A DNA stretch of 64,000 nucleotides from Octopus vulgaris (GCA_951406725.2 OX597816.1:162812001-162876000), one strand, 5' to 3'. Counted from the first letter of the stretch, positions 22,700-37,334 are shown. The notes: a model not told the origin generated them from the letters alone. Numbers and translations: made by a program.

Positions 22700-22876
22700 C
22701 AGGCATGACTGTGTGGTGAGAAGCTCGCTTCTTGTTTCGGTGTTACTACATATCACCTAAGGCAAAGGTTTTCAGCTTATAGCCCCGGGCCGACCAAAGC
22801 TTTCTGAGCATACTTGGTAAACGGAAACTGAAAGAAGCTCATCGTAAATATATAACATGTATGTATGTATGTATGC

Positions 22877-22951
<75 letters not shown>

Positions 22952-22966
22952 CTCTCCCTCTCTCCC

Positions 22967-23009
<43 letters not shown>

Positions 23010-23320
23010 ATCTATCTATCTATTTGTGTGTTTGTGAATGTTTGTATGTATCTGTGCGTATGTATATTATTGATATATATTCACATATATGGACGCATAT
23101 GTATGTATATATGTGCGCGTGTGTCTGTCCCCCACCGCTTGACAACTGGTTTTGGTTTGTTTACAGCCTCCTAACATAGCGTTTCGACAAAAAGAGGGGT
23201 AGAATACGTTCCCAACTTAAAAAAAAAAATAGGTACTAGGGTCGATTTGTTCGACTAAACCCTTCATAGATGCTGCACCAGAATGGTCGCAATCCAATGA
23301 GTGAAACAAGTAAAAAGATA
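22700..23320 (+). mobile_element. SINE-B, diverged, with expanded internal microsatellites
   Basis: Head at ~22700, tail GATGCTGCACCAGAATGGTCGC..GAAACAAGTAAAAAG. Confidence 0.7.
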
Positions 23321-23559
23321 TTAAGTGATCAGGTATAGAATATTTTTTGATAATAGACGTGTCCAATTAGAGCCGACCCGGGGCTAAACAGCAGCAACAA
23401 TAACAACAACAACAGCGACGAAAGCAATAATGACATCGACGACGACAAAGACAGAACGAAACTATCAAATATCAGACAAATTAATGATAGTAAAAATAAT
23501 AATTAAACGAGGAAATTAACTGCCAGGAATTATCAAGGAGCAAACAGCAAAAACAGCAA

Positions 23560-23746
23560 TGCAATGAAAATAACAACGTCGCCACCGCCGCCGCTGACAA
23601 CAGCAACAACAACAACAACAACAACAACAATAACAACAACAACAACCTTATAATTAAACAAGGAACTCAACAGTAAGAGATTAACAAGGCAGTAAGAACA
23701 AATAATAACAACAACAGCAATAATAATAATAATAATAATAATAATG

Positions 23747-23783
<37 letters not shown>

Positions 23784-24321
23784 TAATAATAATAATAATA
23801 TTAATGATGATGAAAAAGAAAGAAAAAGAAGAGGAAGGAGAAGAAGGAGATGAAAAAGAAGAAGAGGGAGAAAGGAAGAAAATATTAATAACAAGATTCA
23901 TTTATAAAAAAAGTATCAAAAAAATAAACAATTGCTAAAAAATATCAACAAAAAAAAACAAAAAAAAAAAAAACATATATTGTAAAATATCAAAAAAGCA
24001 GTAAAAAAATAAGGAGAATAAAAATAAAAAGGAAAAATAAAAATAATATGAAATAATTAAGCAACATGTTGTAATTATCAACATCTTACATGATGGCAGC
24101 AAATATTAGAAGTTGTCATCATCGTCATCATCATCAGCAGTAATTGTCTCCTCCTCTTCCTCCTCCTCAGCATCATCATCACCGAGAGCGTCATTACCGT
24201 CGTTATCATTGTCGACGTCATCGTCATCACCACCGGCAACTTTGCCGCCACCACCACCGCCACCACCACCATCACTGCCGCCGCCTCCACCACCACCACA
24301 ACCACCACCACCACCACCACC

Positions 24322-24382
<61 letters not shown>

Positions 24383-24466
24383 CCGTAGACATTGTGTCAA
24401 CGTCGATGTCATTATCGTCGTAAACATCAGCATCGTCAATGTCTTCATCATCACCATCATCATCAC

Positions 24467-24514
<48 letters not shown>

Positions 24515-26274
24515 TATCATCATCTTCATTATCATCATCGTCATAGTCATCATTATCATCATCATCATCATCACCATCGTCGTCGTCGTCTTCATCATCA
24601 TCATCCCCATCATCCTTCTCTGTGAATTTGTTCTTTTGATTTAGGCTTATTGTTATAAGACCGGTTTCATACAAAAAGATAAATGCCTTTGTGGCGTTCT
24701 GTTGCTTTTCAGCAGGTTCCTAGTTCAAAACCAGGAGAGAGCGACTCAGAGTTTCGCCTTTCGTGGACCGAAAATTTTATCGACTGTGCAACAGTTTCAC
24801 CAAATTGTATAAATAAAGAATAAGATGAAGAAGAAAGAGAAGACCAAGAAGAATAAGAAAAAAAAGAAAGAGAAAAGGAAGAAAAAGAAAAGAAAAGAAG
24901 AAGAAGAAGAAGAAGAAGAAGAAGAAGAAGAAAAGAAAGAATAGAAGAAAGAGTAGCGGAAGAAGAAAAAGAAGAAGAAGAGAAGAAGAAGAAGAAGAAG
25001 AAGAAGAAGAAGAAGAAGAAGAAGAAGAAGAGACGAAAAAAAGAAAAGAATGAGTAGTGGAAGAAGAAGAAGAAGAAGAAGAAGAGACGAAAAAAGAAAA
25101 GAATGAGTAGTGGAAGAAGAAGAAGAAGAAGAAGAAGAAGAAGAAGAAGAGGACGAAGAAGAAAAGTAAGAGAAGAGGAAGAAGAAAAGGAAGAAGGAAA
25201 AAGAGAAGAGGGAGAAAAGGAAGAAAAAAGAAAGAGAAGAGGAAGAAACAGAAAATGAAAAGAAGGAAAGGACGAAGAAGAAGGGAGTGGGAGTGGAATT
25301 GAAGGAGAAGTACTTCAAACGAAGTTCGTCGAAAATCTCAAAATATGGAAACGAAGTAGAAAGACACAAATTTGTAGCAAAAACAAGAACATTATAACCA
25401 TCGCCACCACCACCACCACCACCACCACCACCACCACCACCACCACCACCACCACCACCACCACCACCACCACCACCACCATAACCGCCACCACCGCCGC
25501 CACCACTACCACCACCGCCACCACCATTAACAACATCAGCCATAACCATGAGGTGTAAAACCACCACTACCATCACCACCACCACTACAACCAACACTAG
25601 TACCACCGCCGCTGCTACTACTGCTACTGCTACCACCACTACCACCACCACCACCACCACCACCACACCACCACCACCACCACCACCACCACCACCATCA
25701 CCACCACCACCTCCACCACTACCATCACCACCACCACCTCCACCACTACCACCACCACCAAAACCACCACCATCACCACCACCACCTCCACCACTACTAT
25801 CACCACCACCACCTCCACCACTACCATCACCACCACCACCTCCACCACTACCACCACCACCTCCACCACTACCATCACCACCACCACCTCCACCACTACC
25901 ACCATCACCACCACCACCACCACCACCACCATCACCACCACCACCACCATCACCACCACCACCTCCACCACTACCATCACCACCACCACCTCCACCACTA
26001 CCACCACCACCACCACCACCACCACAGTGTTTATAGAACTACCATCATCATTACTGCCACAAAGACCACTATTACCATGATCACCACTGTTATCCCTACC
26101 ACCACCACCACCATCGCCAGTGCTACCATTAACACCGTTAACTCCAAAACCACCACCCACCCCGCCCTGCCATCAATGCCAGAACCACTGCCACCACCAC
26201 TAGTATTAAATTCACCACCACCACCACCACCACCACCATGACGACGACGACTACTACCACCACCACCATACAGC

Positions 26275-26306
<32 letters not shown>

Positions 26307-26690
26307 ACGAACGAACAACAACAACAGTTACAAGAACAGAATGAAGAGAAAGCTAATCAAAAATATTTGAAAAAAAAAACCCAACAAAAATAATAAATAA
26401 GCGACGCGGAAAATGAAAAAGAAAACAAAAAAAAACATAATTCATGATTAAAAAAAAAAAGACATACAAAACAAACAGAGTGAATAAAAAAAAAATGGAA
26501 AAGAAAAAAAAAAACGGCGACAAATAGAAAAATAAAAATAAAGAAAAAAAAAAACCTTAATTATTGATTTGTTTTGATGAGAGTATAATGGCAAAAATGT
26601 AATTGATAATTATAAAATAGAAAGGGAAATAACAATATATATGTTTGTGTGTGTGTATATATGTGTGTGTGTGTATATGTATGTATATGC

Positions 26691-26754
<64 letters not shown>

Positions 26755-27350
26755 ATATATATATACATATTTTCCTCTTCTTTTTTCTTCTTTTCTTCTT
26801 ACTTTTCTCTTTCTTTTCTAGAAAGAGAAGAGAAAGAAGTAAAGTAGGAAAAGGAAAGAGAAAGAGTTCTCTTTCTTCTTCTTCTTTACTTTTTTCTCTT
26901 CTCTTTCTTTTCTACTTCTTTTATTCTTCCTCTTCTTTTTCTTCTTCCTTCTTCTTCTTCTTCTTCTTCTTCTTCTTCTTCTTCTTCTTCTTCTTCTTCT
27001 TCTTCTTCTTCTTCTTCTTCTCTCTATATATGCATACACACACACACACATACACACACACACACTTAAGCTGTTCGGCTAGGGTGTTGTGGTGTTGGTG
27101 GTAGTGGTAGTTTCCGATGGTGATCGTGGTGATGGTGTTGGTATTCGTGGTAGTGAGGGGTCTTCGGTGGTGGTGGGGGTCGTCGTCAGTGGTGGTGGTG
27201 GTGGTGGCCGTAGTTCTTGGTGGTGTTGGTGGAGATGGTTTTAACAATGTCGATGCTGCTGCTTTTGCTGATGATGAGGAGGACGGAGCGTGAACAGAAG
27301 GAGGAGGAGGAGGAGGAGGAAGAAGAGGGCAACAACGATGATGACACTGA
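23560..27350. repeat. Block of simple repeats: (AAT)n, (CAT)n, (CAC)n, (GAA)n, (TTC)n
   Basis: Directly visible; source of the poly-P, poly-D and poly-G pseudo-ORFs. Confidence 0.9.
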
Positions 27351-27409
27351 TGACGTTACATTTACACCAGCATACGCTCATACGTATCCTATGTGCGTGT
27401 ATGTGTCTA

Positions 27410-27465
<56 letters not shown>

Positions 27466-27473
<8 letters not shown>

Positions 27474-27693
27474 AGGGACATTAGCCAACTGAATGTGGCT
27501 AGGGACAGGGCAGTGGTGTGGGGGTGTCACTGTTGCATTTAGCCCCAGGCGAACATCAACGTCACCAGATAGGCCGACGCCATCACGGCCTATCTGGTGA
27601 CGTTGATGTTCGCCTGGGGCTAAATGCAACAGTGACCCCACCACCCTGCCCTGTCCCTAGCCATATTCAGTTGGCTAATGTCCCTTATATTAT
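27466..27693. repeat. ~230-bp fold-back inverted repeat with 9-nt loop, between (TA)n tracts
   Basis: Arms 27466-27576 and 27586-27693; loop ACGCCATCA. Confidence 0.95.
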
Positions 27694-27811
27694 GGAGCAG
27701 TCACTGTCTATATCTCATTTAGAAAATTATTATTGCTATATATATATATATATATACGTATGTATGTATGTATGTATGTATGTATGTATGTATGTATGTA
27801 TGTATGTATGT

Positions 27812-27980
27812 ATAAGAATACAAAAAATGGAACAAGAAGGTAACAGGCGACAACAAGACATCCAGACAGTTAGATGACACAAAAAGGGACAACAAAACAA
27901 GGACGGGTCATTCGGACATTCGGAGAGTTTTCTTTCGTCAGTCGAGATCCAGGTTATCTTTGCAGTTTCGGTTGGTTATG
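27812..27980 (-). mobile_element. Family C short element
   Basis: Reverse complement has CAACCGAAACTGCAAAGATAACCTGGATCTCGACTGACGAAAGAAAACTC. Confidence 0.7.
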
Positions 27981-28118
<138 letters not shown>

Positions 28119-28189
28119 CAAAATTGAGAAGAAAAAAGCGATTAATTAGCATGGAAGACTAAGTGACGAATACTGAATTGACAAATTAA

Positions 28190-28875
28190 TATTGTGTGGA
28201 GTCAAAAGATTTGTAATATTTCGGCAACTTATTTACTTTATTCATCAAGTTATAACAAACCCCGCCTGACCTTCAAAGTAGGAAGCTAGGTTTGGATGTG
28301 GCATCATTCTGATTTCAAAATCCTGGAGTTTACTTCGTGTTGTTCGAACAGTATGAGGCTTTGCGTTGTTTTGCTCAAGAAGGGCGTGCTTTCTGCTGGG
28401 TATTCTTGCCCCACAGTGGTATACATCCACTCCTATTGCTCGAAGTACAGGTTCGTATCGATGGTTCGACCGTTAGGAACGAAATCGTTGTGAATTATCC
28501 CCTCATAATTCAACTAAACCCAAAACATCATTTTGTGTTCGAAACGCCTGTGTTAGGAGACAGGTTCCGGAACCTGGCCCTTGCTTAACCATTGCTTTTA
28601 CACGTTAGGATTTCTGAAAAATATCTCCCTCGGATTATTACTTGTTTCGATCCATGGCTCATTTCTTGCGCTCACGACGCTCCAACGACCACATGACGGA
28701 GTTCTTTGCTTCAAAAAACAATAACTGGTATCAGCGTCAGATCAAAGAACAGGCACAAAGGTGGCTTCAGACGGCGCAGTGTAACGCGATGTCCTCTAAT
28801 TTAAATGCTTGGCTACTTTTGCTATAATTTGACGAATAAAGCAAATATGTCACCAAAATATGACTCAACACAATA
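28190..28875. mobile_element. Internally deleted mariner element with an inverted middle segment
   Basis: TA-flanked imperfect TIRs (TA-TTGTGTGGAGTCA / TGACTCAACACAA-TA). Transposase remnants: NAKPH..MMPHP on minus (28280-28620) and PSDYYLFRSMAHFL..FFASK..RW on plus (28625-28800). Confidence 0.8.
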
Positions 28876-29769
28876 ATTTTGATATTGAGATATGGTACTA
28901 CTAAACCATTCTTTTTTGGGTTCAAAGACTACTATAATCGATACACAGGATTCTTCTAAACATATTATGCTAGTAAACTGTTCTGCTACCAATACACTTA
29001 CACATACACGCACACACATACATGTATATAAATACGTATTTGTATGTGTACATTGGTCAGTTAAAGTTGAGACGGTGTCACGTGACAACTTGCTGGGGCT
29101 GCCTGCTGGAGCCTAGCAACAGGTATTTAAAGGGAAAAAATATTGACAAGGCAGTCAGTCGCCGGCTGACACTCGTTGACGCTACATCAAAGAGGTCAAG
29201 AAACAGAAGAAAGAAGAAGAAAGAAGACATGCACCAAACACCAGAGCTGAAGACACCTCCGAAAGAGGGGGGCCGCCACGTCAAAACGGTAGAGGAGTAG
29301 GGGCCGAAACTGGACGTGGTTCCTCCTGATGATGTCTTGAGCTAACTGGATCCTATAAAGGTAGCAGACCACGAAACACGGTTGAAATTCCTACATACAT
29401 GCAGGCGCGCACACGTATATATGTATACTCATTCACAAGCAGCTCACGTGGTAGCAGGTACTGAAGAGCACTAATAACTACAAAGTGCATCCATCAGTCC
29501 ATTAGAAAACGCTTTCAGCTGATGTTTCTTTTTGTAAAAATAGAATAGTATTACTGAAGCATTGTGTGTTATTACATTAAAGAGATTTGTATAAGGCCGG
29601 AACAATGCGAGAAGATGTAAAGCAAACTACAAAACAGAAAAGAAAACAAAATAAAGTTGTAGTTTTACTATACATTCCAATGACCCCTTTTCCAGGACAT
29701 GGAAAAGGAAGGTTGTTGCTCAGATGTCTGGAGGAAGTAGGTGACATGCGCAGATTCGTGTTGCTATGG

Positions 29770-30120
29770 TAATCAGTCTGCTTCATCTAATTCTTTCCTG
29801 TTGTTTAAGGCTGGTGTCACTTTGTTGATAAGGAGATCCTCCATGATTCTGAGATTGTTTCTGTTGCGTTGAATGGTCCTAATGAATACCTTGAAGTTCC
29901 GGGCCTGGCACTTCTCTAGGTGTTTTTTGATTGAGTCTTCTATGCACATATGTTCTTTCATTCGAACCCGTAATTTTCTGGTTGCACGCCCAATGAGAAT
30001 AAAACTGGCTAAGAGGTCCCACACTTCTCAAAAGTCTGATAGTAAGCTTACTACTTGCTCCATTTCCCTGGAGCTACAAGGTTTGTTGTGTTTATATAAG
30101 AAGATTGAGTACTTGGTTCT
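29770..30120 (-). mobile_element. Penelope-like GIY-YIG endonuclease remnant
   Basis: IGRATRKLRVRMKEH..KHLEKC..LRIMEDLLINKVTPALNNRKE fits the YIG.T.R.L..R..EH...E...I....P.LN pattern. Confidence 0.7.
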
Positions 30121-30251
30121 CTAGGACTGTTCAAGGGATGTAGACACCTCTGATGGGAAACTAACAAGTGTTGAAAATAATAGATTAAGGCTGTTCATGT
30201 GATTAAGATTATAGATTAAGGCTGTTCAACCTTCGGAGAGATACGTTAATT

Positions 30252-31545
30252 TTGATCACCTTGACCGACCAGTCCGTCAGGCGTCCATTTGACACCGCTG
30301 GTTACAGTACGCTGTCCCCTCCTCTCTGGATCGCGCCTTTCTCATCCACGTGATCCCAATCGTCCTCCTGAAGTCGTAACTCCACCGTCGTGGAGGTCTT
30401 CTGGGTGGTCTTTTCCGCTCACGCGGGTACCACTCCACAACTGCATGCGTCCACCGATTATCGGTGAGCCGGGCGACGTGTCCAGCCCATCTATACTTGC
30501 TGCGTGTATACTCTGCGATGACATCTCTCATGCCGGACTTCTTTCTGATGATCTTGATACTTATGTGCTCTCTCAACGAGATACCAAGCATTGACCTTTC
30601 CATGGCTCTTTGAGCCGTTACCAGTCTTTGTTCTTCTCTCTTTGTGGTAGCCCATGTTTCACTACCATATAACATTGCAGGCGGAACTGCACTGTTAATG
30701 AGGTTGGCGCGGGTGGTCCTGTCCAACCTTCCCTTGAGCACATCCCTTATGCCATTGAACGCCTTCCATCCGGCCCTTACTCTCCGTGAGATCTCCTTTT
30801 TGATATCCCGGCACATATTTACTTCCTGTCCCAGGTAGACATATTCCCTCACCTCCTCTATTTCATCACTGCCGATCACCATTTGACCTGTTGGTACATT
30901 GTCTGACCGCATGTACTTTGTTTTCATGCGGTTCATCTTGAGACCTACTGCAGAACTTTTGATGTCGAGCTCCGTCAGTATGGTCTGAAGCTGATCCATG
31001 TTTTCAGCGATGAGTACGATGTCGTCAGCGAAACGGAGGTGAGTAAGGAGCTCGCCATTGATGTTGACACCACCTTGCCAGTCGATGCCTCTGATGATCT
31101 GTTCGAGACATGCAGTGAAAAGTTTTGGGGAATTGTATCTCCTTGCTTCACTCCCTTCTCGACCGGCACTCGTATGGGTGATGACAGTAGAGCTATGTCG
31201 GTGGTGCATCCGGAATTTGCCTCTCTGAGCAGCTGCACATATTGCGCTTCGATTCCTTGCCTCCGCAGCGAGTTCAGCACTGCGTTGGTTTCGACGCTAT
31301 CGAAGGCCTTCTCATAATCTATAAACGCAACGCAAAGAGGCAGTTGCGTTAGAGTAAATATGTGGTCAATTGTGCTGTAGTTCTTCCGGAAGCCTGCTTG
31401 TTCCCTCGGTTATTATCTTCGTGAACAGCTTGTACGCGTGAGACAGCAGGCATATGGGTCGGTAGTTCTTTAGATCTTCTCTGTCGCCCTTCTTATACAG
31501 CAGGATGGTATTTGACTCTTTCCACTGCGAGGGAATTCTTAGTGC
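30252..31545 (-). mobile_element. RTE-clade LINE, 5'-truncated RT with frameshift and deletion
   Basis: [56 protein letters not shown]. Confidence 0.9.
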
Positions 31546-31557
31546 GTAAATAGTGCT

Positions 31558-31587
<30 letters not shown>

Positions 31588-31588
<1 letters not shown>

Positions 31589-31808
31589 TGTCGGTGATTG
31601 TCGTGCGCGGACGACGGGTAAATACCCAGAAAGTCGGGTCCGTGCGTATCACGTCAGATCGACAATGGGAAGGATGGCTTCCCTTTGCAAATACTGATAG
31701 GGCACAGAAAGTGTGTCAACAGCCAGCTGGAGATGTTCTCCTGGGGCTACAACCTACAGTAGCACCCACCCTTAGGGGTTAGCCACATTTAAGTGGCAAA
31801 TATACTTC
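31588..31808 (+). mobile_element. (TA)n-embedded short element related to the 27466 palindrome arm
   Basis: GATGTTCTCCTGGGGCTA..ACAGT..CCCACC..TAGCCACATTTAAGTGGCAAA resembles 27605-27680. Confidence 0.55.
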
Positions 31809-31820
31809 ATATATATATAT

Positions 31821-31871
<51 letters not shown>

Positions 31872-32511
31872 CTGAGACAAGACGGAAAAGGAGAGAAGGA
31901 TATACACACAGATAATGGGAGTCACGTTATTTACGTATGTCCATATATAACCATGTGTGTGTGTGTGTGTCTGTGTGTGTGTGTGTGAGGGAGTGAGAGA
32001 CAGTCTGAGAGTGAAAGAGAGCCTATAGTCCATAGAAATCACGACTATGCTGTATTTTAAACTGTTTTCTAAAAGATATTTTATATGTCCTTATCTATCC
32101 TTTATGTTTTGTTTCGAAACAATAAATTTCTATCGACGTTTGAAGACCTTGCCTGTATTATCTTCTGCAACGAAATGATTTCACCAACGTTGTTATTGCC
32201 GTTTTATTGTAGGTGATAATCACGGCAATTCTGTGCTGTCTGTCTATACCTCATTTGATATTACCAGATTTTAAAAAAATTTTCCTGTTTCTGACGTCAA
32301 TTTTCTTTCAGCTACCAGGAAATAGATATACTCTGATGTCTACCGTTAGTTTGTTACTATGATGTTGTTGCGGTATCTGCGTATTGAGCTTTGCTTAGAT
32401 TTTTCTAGATTTTTTTCTATCAATATAGCTTTCATGACTAATCTCATAGTCTTTTGGGGGCATTCTGTAAGAGATAGTAGTGTTATCAACCAATGTTTCA
32501 CTTCTCTTTTT

Positions 32512-32542
<31 letters not shown>

Positions 32543-32784
32543 CCCAACATTAAGAGACATTGCAATATATAAAATCAGAAAATACAAACGGACGCGAAGT
32601 AGAAAATGGAGAAAGGAAAGAGAGAAAGAATATGGTTTTGGAAAAGGGGTTTGTTGCCGTGTGTGCATCGATGCAAATTACGTAAAAGGCTGGGTTATCT
32701 CATATAAAGATAAAATACAGTTACAACAGAGAAACAAATACACACAGACACACAAGCACACAATCTCTACATATACATACATAC

Positions 32785-32852
<68 letters not shown>

Positions 32853-33166
32853 ATAAATATACTTATACATGCATGAAAACATACATACATACGTACGTAC
32901 GTATGTATATATATATATAAGTATATATATTGAACAAATATGATCTAAGAGAAATACCTCAGAGTGGCCAGTGGCAAGTATTTGTTCAACGTAGACAAAT
33001 ACAGGCATATCAAATATCATACAACATAATTGTTTCATCTGTTAAAATTATCTCCGCTCTTTTAGGATGCGTCACAATTACCAAATGTCAAATGAGACCA
33101 GTTCCACATGAATTGTGGGAGAGGGATAATCTCAAGAATCAGGAAATCTGCGAAGTTACATATATG

Positions 33167-33247
<81 letters not shown>

Positions 33248-33264
33248 GTATGTATGTATGTATA

Positions 33265-33410
33265 TAACTGACATTTTTAGAAAAACAAAAGATGGAGATA
33301 GGTGTATGAACACCAAGCAGGTGTATCAGTTTGACGCTCGGGAAAGTAAGAAAGTCGTTTACGTTTCGAGCCTATGCTCTCAGAAGAAAGGAGCAGAAAT
33401 AAACAGAGAA
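33265..33410 (-). mobile_element. Family D short element (degenerate hammerhead motif)
   Basis: Reverse complement GAGAGCATAGGCTCGAAACGTAAAC...CCCGAGCGTCAAACTGATACACC. Confidence 0.65.
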
Positions 33411-33433
33411 TATATATATACATAAATATATAC

Positions 33434-33492
<59 letters not shown>

Positions 33493-33701
33493 AGTAGGTG
33501 AATGAATTATCCTATGTTTATCGTCAGCATGGAAAATTCGTTTAACCGAAACCTGGGTAGCAAGTTCACGTCAGAAACACGGTTAAAGCGACCTGTCAAG
33601 GGTAGAAACTCCGGGTTCATGTGTAGAAATTTGTGTGTTGTATATGAATAAATGAAAGAATGGAGTCGAACGAAGATGTTAACAAAATTCCTTTACTCTC
33701 G

Positions 33702-33842
<141 letters not shown>

Positions 33843-34139
33843 TATATTTATATTTATATATACATACATATATATACTGTATACGCACTCACACACAATA
33901 TGGACTCTCTCGTCGAAGACGATGTTCAGCTTGTTTGCCGAACGACCTTCACAGATGATTTCTTTATAGTTATCAAATGTTCGTGGTACACATTAGCTCC
34001 CTTTTTCTATCAAATCTACGTTCCCTAAACAGGTGCGCGGTGTACCACGCGTCAGGTGTCCAAGTGGTTGCAGAGCAACACACTAACCATCAAGCTATGC
34101 ATCCCACGCGCGCACGCACGCACACACACATATTTTAGA

Positions 34140-34615
34140 AGGAGCATGCGTAGCTGTATGGCAAGAAGCTTGCTTCCCAAACATATGGTTCTGGGTTCAG
34201 TCCTACTGCGTGGCACCTTTGGCAAGTGTCTTTTATTATAGTCTCGGGTTGAGCAGAACCATTTGAGTAGATTTGGCTGACGGAAACTGAAAGAATCCCG
34301 TCGCATATATGTATATGTTTATATGTATATATCAGTGTTTGTGTGAGTTGTATGTGTGTTTCTCTTATCACAACCGCTTGACAACCGGTTAGGTGTGGGT
34401 GTTTTCCATACACTAAAGTAGCGGTTCGGCAAAATAAATCGACAAAATAAGTACCAGGCTTACAGATAAATGAAACGTAAGTATTGGGGTCGATTCGTTC
34501 AACTAAATATTCTACAAGGTGGTGCTCCAGCGAGGCTTCACAATACTGAAACAAGTGTAAGATAAAAGATTAGAACAAGTGTAAAAGATTAAAACATAAG
34601 ATAAAAGATTAGAAG
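34140..34615 (+). mobile_element. SINE-B
   Basis: Head, body and repeated AAAAGATT tail. Confidence 0.8.
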
Positions 34616-35102
34616 ATAATGTGTAGTGTATACACACACGCAGACATACGTAGACACACATACGCACACGCACACATGCACACACATAGAAATATACATA
34701 CACAAACACACACAGACATACACAAACACACACACAGAGAAACACACGCACAAACAAACATACATACACACAAACAAACACACACAAACACACACACACA
34801 AACACACACAGAGACACACGAACGCATACACACTCAAACAAACACACACCCACACATACACATAAATACACACGCAAACACACACACATACATATACACA
34901 CAAACACAAACACACACACACACAAATACACACACAATATACAACAATACACACAATACAAAACACACACAAACGCACAAACCAACACACATGCAAACAC
35001 ACACACACACACACGCACTCACATACAAACACACACACTTATACACAATTGAATCCTCAAGACAGTATCCTCAAAACCAAGTGTCTGTGTCCAAGGACAG
35101 AA

Positions 35103-35335
35103 CCTATTTCTTTACTACCCACAAGGGGCTAAACACAGAGAGGACAAACAAGGACAGACATAGGTATTAAGTCGATTGCATCGACCCCAGTGCGTAACTG
35201 GTACTTTATTTATCGACCCCGAAAGGATGAAAGGCAAAGTCGACCTCAGCGAAATTTGAACTCAGAACGTAACGGCAGACGAAATACCGCTACGCATTTC
35301 ACCCGACGTGCTAACGTTTCTGCCAGCTCGCCGCC
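35103..35335 (-). mobile_element. SINE-A, full length
   Basis: Same sequence as the array units at 10621-12120. Confidence 0.9.
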
Positions 35336-35914
35336 TCTCAGAACCACCTCTCTCTTCGGTCGCACGCTGACACATCTCGTAGCGCCAGGTTCCTACTACT
35401 CCACCTCCTATAATTCAAGTTTTCAGCTCTGACATCAACTCCGTTAGTGTAACACTATGTGACGTCTTTAGAGTACATAATGCTTCATCGTTTCACCCCT
35501 GATAAAACTCGAAGGTGTGTCCCTCTACTCTCCTTCACATCCCAAAAACCATAACCACAACTCCCCAAGTGGTTCACACACAACCGTTCTGCATCAAAGG
35601 AGGTGACGAACACGGTCATTGATAACTAAAGAAACCCACACCCTCTACCTACAGGGTGGATCTTGCCTACAACTGCAATTTCTACAAGTTGGCAACCTGA
35701 AAAAGCAAAACATGAGCTCTCGTATTACGCAACCCTGGGGTCCATTTCATCTCAAGCGTCTCAACCATCAGTTCTGGCTTCTTTCCAAAAGTATCTCTTT
35801 CAAAATGGCGGTAGATTTTATGTGACTTCAGAAATAACATCTTCAAGTATAAAGGCTATACGATGTATTCTTTTATTCTTTTATCCTTCTATCCGTTTAT
35901 TTTTTTATTCTTTT

Positions 35915-36118
35915 ATTCTTTTATGTTTTTCAGTCATTTGACTGCGACCATGTTGGAGCACCGCCTTTCAGTCGAACAAATCGACCCCAGGACTCATTCT
36001 TTGTAAGCCTAGTATTTATTATCTCGATATCTTTTTGCCGAACCGCTACTTTACGGGGACGTAACCACACCAACATCGGTTGTCAAGCGATGGTGGGGGA
36101 TAAACACACACACACACA

Positions 36119-36159
<41 letters not shown>

Positions 36160-36173
36160 ACACACACACAAAC

Positions 36174-36238
<65 letters not shown>

Positions 36239-36398
36239 TGGCTTCTTTCAATTTCCGTCTACGAAATCCACTCACAAGGCTTTGGTCCGCCCGAGGCTAT
36301 AGTAGAAGACACTTCCCCAAGGTGTCACGCAGTGGAACTGAATCCAGAACCATGTGGTTGGGAATCAAGCTTCTTACCACACAGCAATGCCTGAGCCT
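35915..36398 (-). mobile_element. SINE-B, full length
   Basis: Tail, internal microsatellite and head. Confidence 0.85.
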
Positions 36399-36851
36399 GC
36401 ATACAGCAAAAAAAAAAAGCAGAAAAATCTACTCCAACATTCATATTGGTTTCGGTAACTTTGAACTCAAAACGTAAAGACCGACGAAATACCAAAAAGA
36501 CGGACGAAACAAGTGTAGGTTCAACGACAATCTAGCAATAGAACAGGCTCTCAGAAATTCTGGATTGTTGTCCACCGGGAATGAGGACCGCCTTAGCTTT
36601 TGGTAAAGCATGTCTCTGGAACCAGCTTCAAACCTAGGCTTCTTCTGCTTCGATTGTTGGTAGTAAACTTGGTCAGCAAATTCTTTGAGACGGTCGGTAA
36701 TCAACAGCAAGTAGAACTGCTACAGATAACTATCCCAAAGTGTGTATGCATGGGAAGGGAGGCCATATGTGAATTTGCATTGCCACTGAAACTCCAAACA
36801 CTCGTTGGTTGGAGCCGGCTCAATCCACTCCGGGTGATTGCTGCTGCCAGT

Positions 36852-36894
<43 letters not shown>

Positions 36895-37173
36895 CCACCA
36901 CCACCACCACCACCACCATCACTAGTGTCATCACCATCATCATCATCAATGTCATCCTCAGCAGTGTTATCATCGTCATCATTGTTATCATCATCACCAT
37001 CATCATCATAATCATTCTTCTCCTCCTCCTCCTTCTCCCTCTCTTTCTCTTTCTCCTCATAATCATTATCATGGTCCTCATGATCATTATTGTCGTTGGC
37101 GTCGTGTTCATAGTCATCATCATCATCGTAATCATCATCATCATCGTCATCGTCATCATCATCATCATCATCG

Positions 37174-37208
<35 letters not shown>

Positions 37209-37265
37209 GTCGTCGTCATCATCATCATCATCATCATCATCATAATCATCGTCGTCGTCATCATT

Positions 37266-37334
<69 letters not shown>

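Noticed and set aside
25548-26036. Extensin/formin-like poly-proline ORF
   Set aside because: Pure (CAC)n-derived repeat with no complex flanking coding sequence.
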